From Microcoleus sp. (GTDB lineage Bacteria; Cyanobacteriota; Cyanobacteriia; Cyanobacteriales; Microcoleaceae), in assembly GCA_052279835.1 (NCBI GenBank), contig CP181291.1, positions 5,952,001 through 6,016,000 on the forward strand: a stretch of 64,000 bases of DNA, in the 5' to 3' direction. The notes beneath the pieces were generated by a model. The model was not told where the DNA came from. It saw only the letters and a list, made by a program, of their open reading frames with translations, and searched no databases. The stretch's first letter is position 1; each line of letters begins with the position of its first letter. Shown one piece after another: positions 61,961-64,000 of this stretch. Made by a program: the position numbers and the translations under genes.

Positions 61961-64000
61961 ATGCAAGCAGAGCAACAACAAAGAATCATGGGCTATTTTA
62001 TTGAGGAGGCAAAGGACCATCTCAATACGATCGAACAAGGCTTGCTAAACCTTCAAGCAACGATCGAAGACCCAGAACTGGTCAACGAAGTATTCAGAGC
62101 AGCCCACTCAGTGAAAGGGGGAGCGGCAATGCTGGGGCTGACGAGCATTCAGCAGACAGCCCACAGGCTGGAGGATAGTTTCAAAATCCTCAAGGAATGC
62201 AGCGTGAAAGTAGACCAACAGCTAGAGTCTTTGTTTTTGCGAATATTTGATACCTTGCAGGGACTATTGGAACAACTCTCAGGACCCTTTGGACTCACAG
62301 AAGAACTAGGAGAGCAGATGGTGAGGGACTTGGAGCCGGTGTTCCAGGAGCTCAACGGTCATTTGGGGGGGCTGGTGGGATATAGGGTTGGTGATGGCGA
62401 AGAAAGCAGCCCTTTCTTGCCAGTCAGCATGATGGGGATGATGGGGGCCATGGCTTCGAGTGGGGCGGTGGTGGATTCCCGCGGGACTGGGGGCTGGGGA
62501 GGAGAAGTGCCGGAAGGTTCTGTGCGGATGGTTTTTGAGTCGGATGTGCCGGCGCGGATGCGAGAAATGCTCCAGGAGTTTAAGCAGTCAGAAACAAACC
62601 AAAGCAAAAATCGGCTGAAAAACATTTGTGGGAGTCTCCGGTTGGCGGGGGAGGAGTTTGGTTTGGGTTGTTGGATAGAGTTGATCGAGGTGGTGGAAAG
62701 GGCGATCGCTAATCCAGAAAATTCCTACCGTACCTTGGCTCCGATCGCCATTAAAGATATCAAACAGGCTCAGGAATTAGTGCTCGCCGGGATGGAATCC
62801 TCCATTGTCGTGGGCGCGAGGCTGAGGGAGTTAGCCCTAGTGGCAGATTCCGAAACAGATTTTGAAGACCTATTAGCCTTTGCTCAGCCAGGAAGCGTAA
62901 ATTCCAGACTCAGCACCGAGGAAGATAAAACCTGGAACTTGGTTGAAGATGGCGATAGCGGAGAACAACTGATGTTACCCGCCATTTCTGGCTTGAGTAT
63001 AGATGAGTTGTTTGACAAGCTTGATAGTGGAGATACCAATGACTACGCTGGAGGTCGATCGCCTCAGTTTGGTGACTCGCCTGGATTTGGAGATAGCGAA
63101 TTGGAATCCAGTAGTTGGAGAGTTTCTACTCGCACCGGACCTGAAGTAGGAGCAGCAGAATTGAATACCTTAGCTGATTTGTTCGATGGGGAAAGTCCCG
63201 ACCTTGATGGCGATTGGGAAGGAGAAGATGAGCTAGAAGAAACTACAATTTCTGGGTTTCCCACCAGAGGGTTGCTGCAACCGGATGATGGGGATAGTTC
63301 AGCGGATTTCACCGATTTGCTGCTAGATGACTACCCTACAGTCGTTTCCGATGTAGGCTCTGTTGGCGCTGTGGGAGACTTGACGAGTCTGTTTGGCTCA
63401 GACCTGCTTTCTGGTGAGTCGGGGGAATTCGATAGCGCCCAGAGTCTCGAAGATGAGTATGGGATGCTGGCACGAGGTGCTGTGCCACCGATGGATGGGC
63501 GATCGGGAGGCGGTTTGGCAGAGTCTCAGGAGTCCGATGACCCCTTGGGTAAGCTGTTGGATGAGGTGGCTGCTAGAGCCGCGGTGATGGATGATGTTGG
63601 TTTCGATAATGGGTTATCGAGACAGTTAGAGACATCGGAGACTTCTGAACTCTCGCCGGAGGATATTTTTGAGGATTTAGCTGGCTGGGATGAAAGTGAT
63701 GGGGAGGTTTCTTTGTCGGCGATCGCCCCCCAAGACCAGAGTCAGGAACTGGCAGAGGTGTCATCGCCACTGAAAATAGCAGATTCTGAGGCTGAGGCAG
63801 ATGTGGATTTGGATTTGAGTGAATTGCTGGGAATTACTTCAGATTTCTTGTCCTCAGAAAGTGACAGCACAGAACAGAAGGATGATGGGGATTTGGCTGG
63901 TCTGGAGGCACGCAACCAAGAAATTGACAGTTTATTTAATATGACACCAGATGCAGATTTGGATATTTCTGACGATGAAAATTGGCTGGAAAATGCTTTG
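61961..64000 (+). CDS. cheA: CheA-like histidine kinase (HmpE/PilL-like), N-terminal part; runs off the window
   Basis: MQAEQQQRIMGYFIEEAKDHL...VFRAAHSVKGGAAMLG Hpt domain followed by an acidic linker; not in the ORF track because it is open-ended. Confidence 0.9.
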   Translation, partial: MQAEQQQRIMGYFIEEAKDHLNTIEQGLLNLQATIEDPELVNEVFRAAHSVKGGAAMLGLTSIQQTAHRLEDSFKILKECSVKVDQQLESLFLRIFDTLQGLLEQLSGPFGLTEELGEQMVRDLEPVFQELNGHLGGLVGYRVGDGEESSPFLPVSMMGMMGAMASSGAVVDSRGTGGWGGEVPEGSVRMVFESDVPARMREMLQEFKQSETNQSKNRLKNICGSLRLAGEEFGLGCWIELIEVVERAIANPENSYRTLAPIAIKDIKQAQELVLAGMESSIVVGARLRELALVADSETDFEDLLAFAQPGSVNSRLSTEEDKTWNLVEDGDSGEQLMLPAISGLSIDELFDKLDSGDTNDYAGGRSPQFGDSPGFGDSELESSSWRVSTRTGPEVGAAELNTLADLFDGESPDLDGDWEGEDELEETTISGFPTRGLLQPDDGDSSADFTDLLLDDYPTVVSDVGSVGAVGDLTSLFGSDLLSGESGEFDSAQSLEDEYGMLARGAVPPMDGRSGGGLAESQESDDPLGKLLDEVAARAAVMDDVGFDNGLSRQLETSETSELSPEDIFEDLAGWDESDGEVSLSAIAPQDQSQELAEVSSPLKIADSEAEADVDLDLSELLGITSDFLSSESDSTEQKDDGDLAGLEARNQEIDSLFNMTPDADLDISDDENWLENAL

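Overview
A 64-kb chromosomal window from a filamentous cyanobacterium, probably Oscillatoriales/Microcoleus-like: the HIP1 octamer GCGATCGC is abundant, heptamer STRR repeats are present, and so are PAM68, GUN4 and Ycf46. The backbone is housekeeping DNA: ruvA, rpsO, aroF, rpmH-rnpA-yidC-jag, ycf46, fur, sigC, lipA, tRNA-Pro(CGG), ald, tilS and cofH. It ends in the Hmp/Pil type IV pilus motility locus (hmpF, PatA-like regulator, CheW, MCP, start of CheA). The motility locus carries many mobile elements. Two sister IS200/IS605 tnpB elements share a TTGAC target motif and bracket hmpF. An IS607 element has its tnpB split by a group II intron that itself contains a second group II intron. The most novel-looking signal is a stand-alone IS607-type omegaRNA/right-end structure with no tnpB, sitting in the 5' leader of hmpF. 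Other oddities are an attC-like site behind a decayed PD-(D/E)XK gene, a 5x16-bp repeat array next to orphan ORFs, repeat-derived in-frame insertions in three proteins, identical CG-rich sequence patches at independent frameshift sites, and no CheY/HmpB gene in the hmp cluster. All calls come from reading the sequence and from recalled family motifs. No searches were run.
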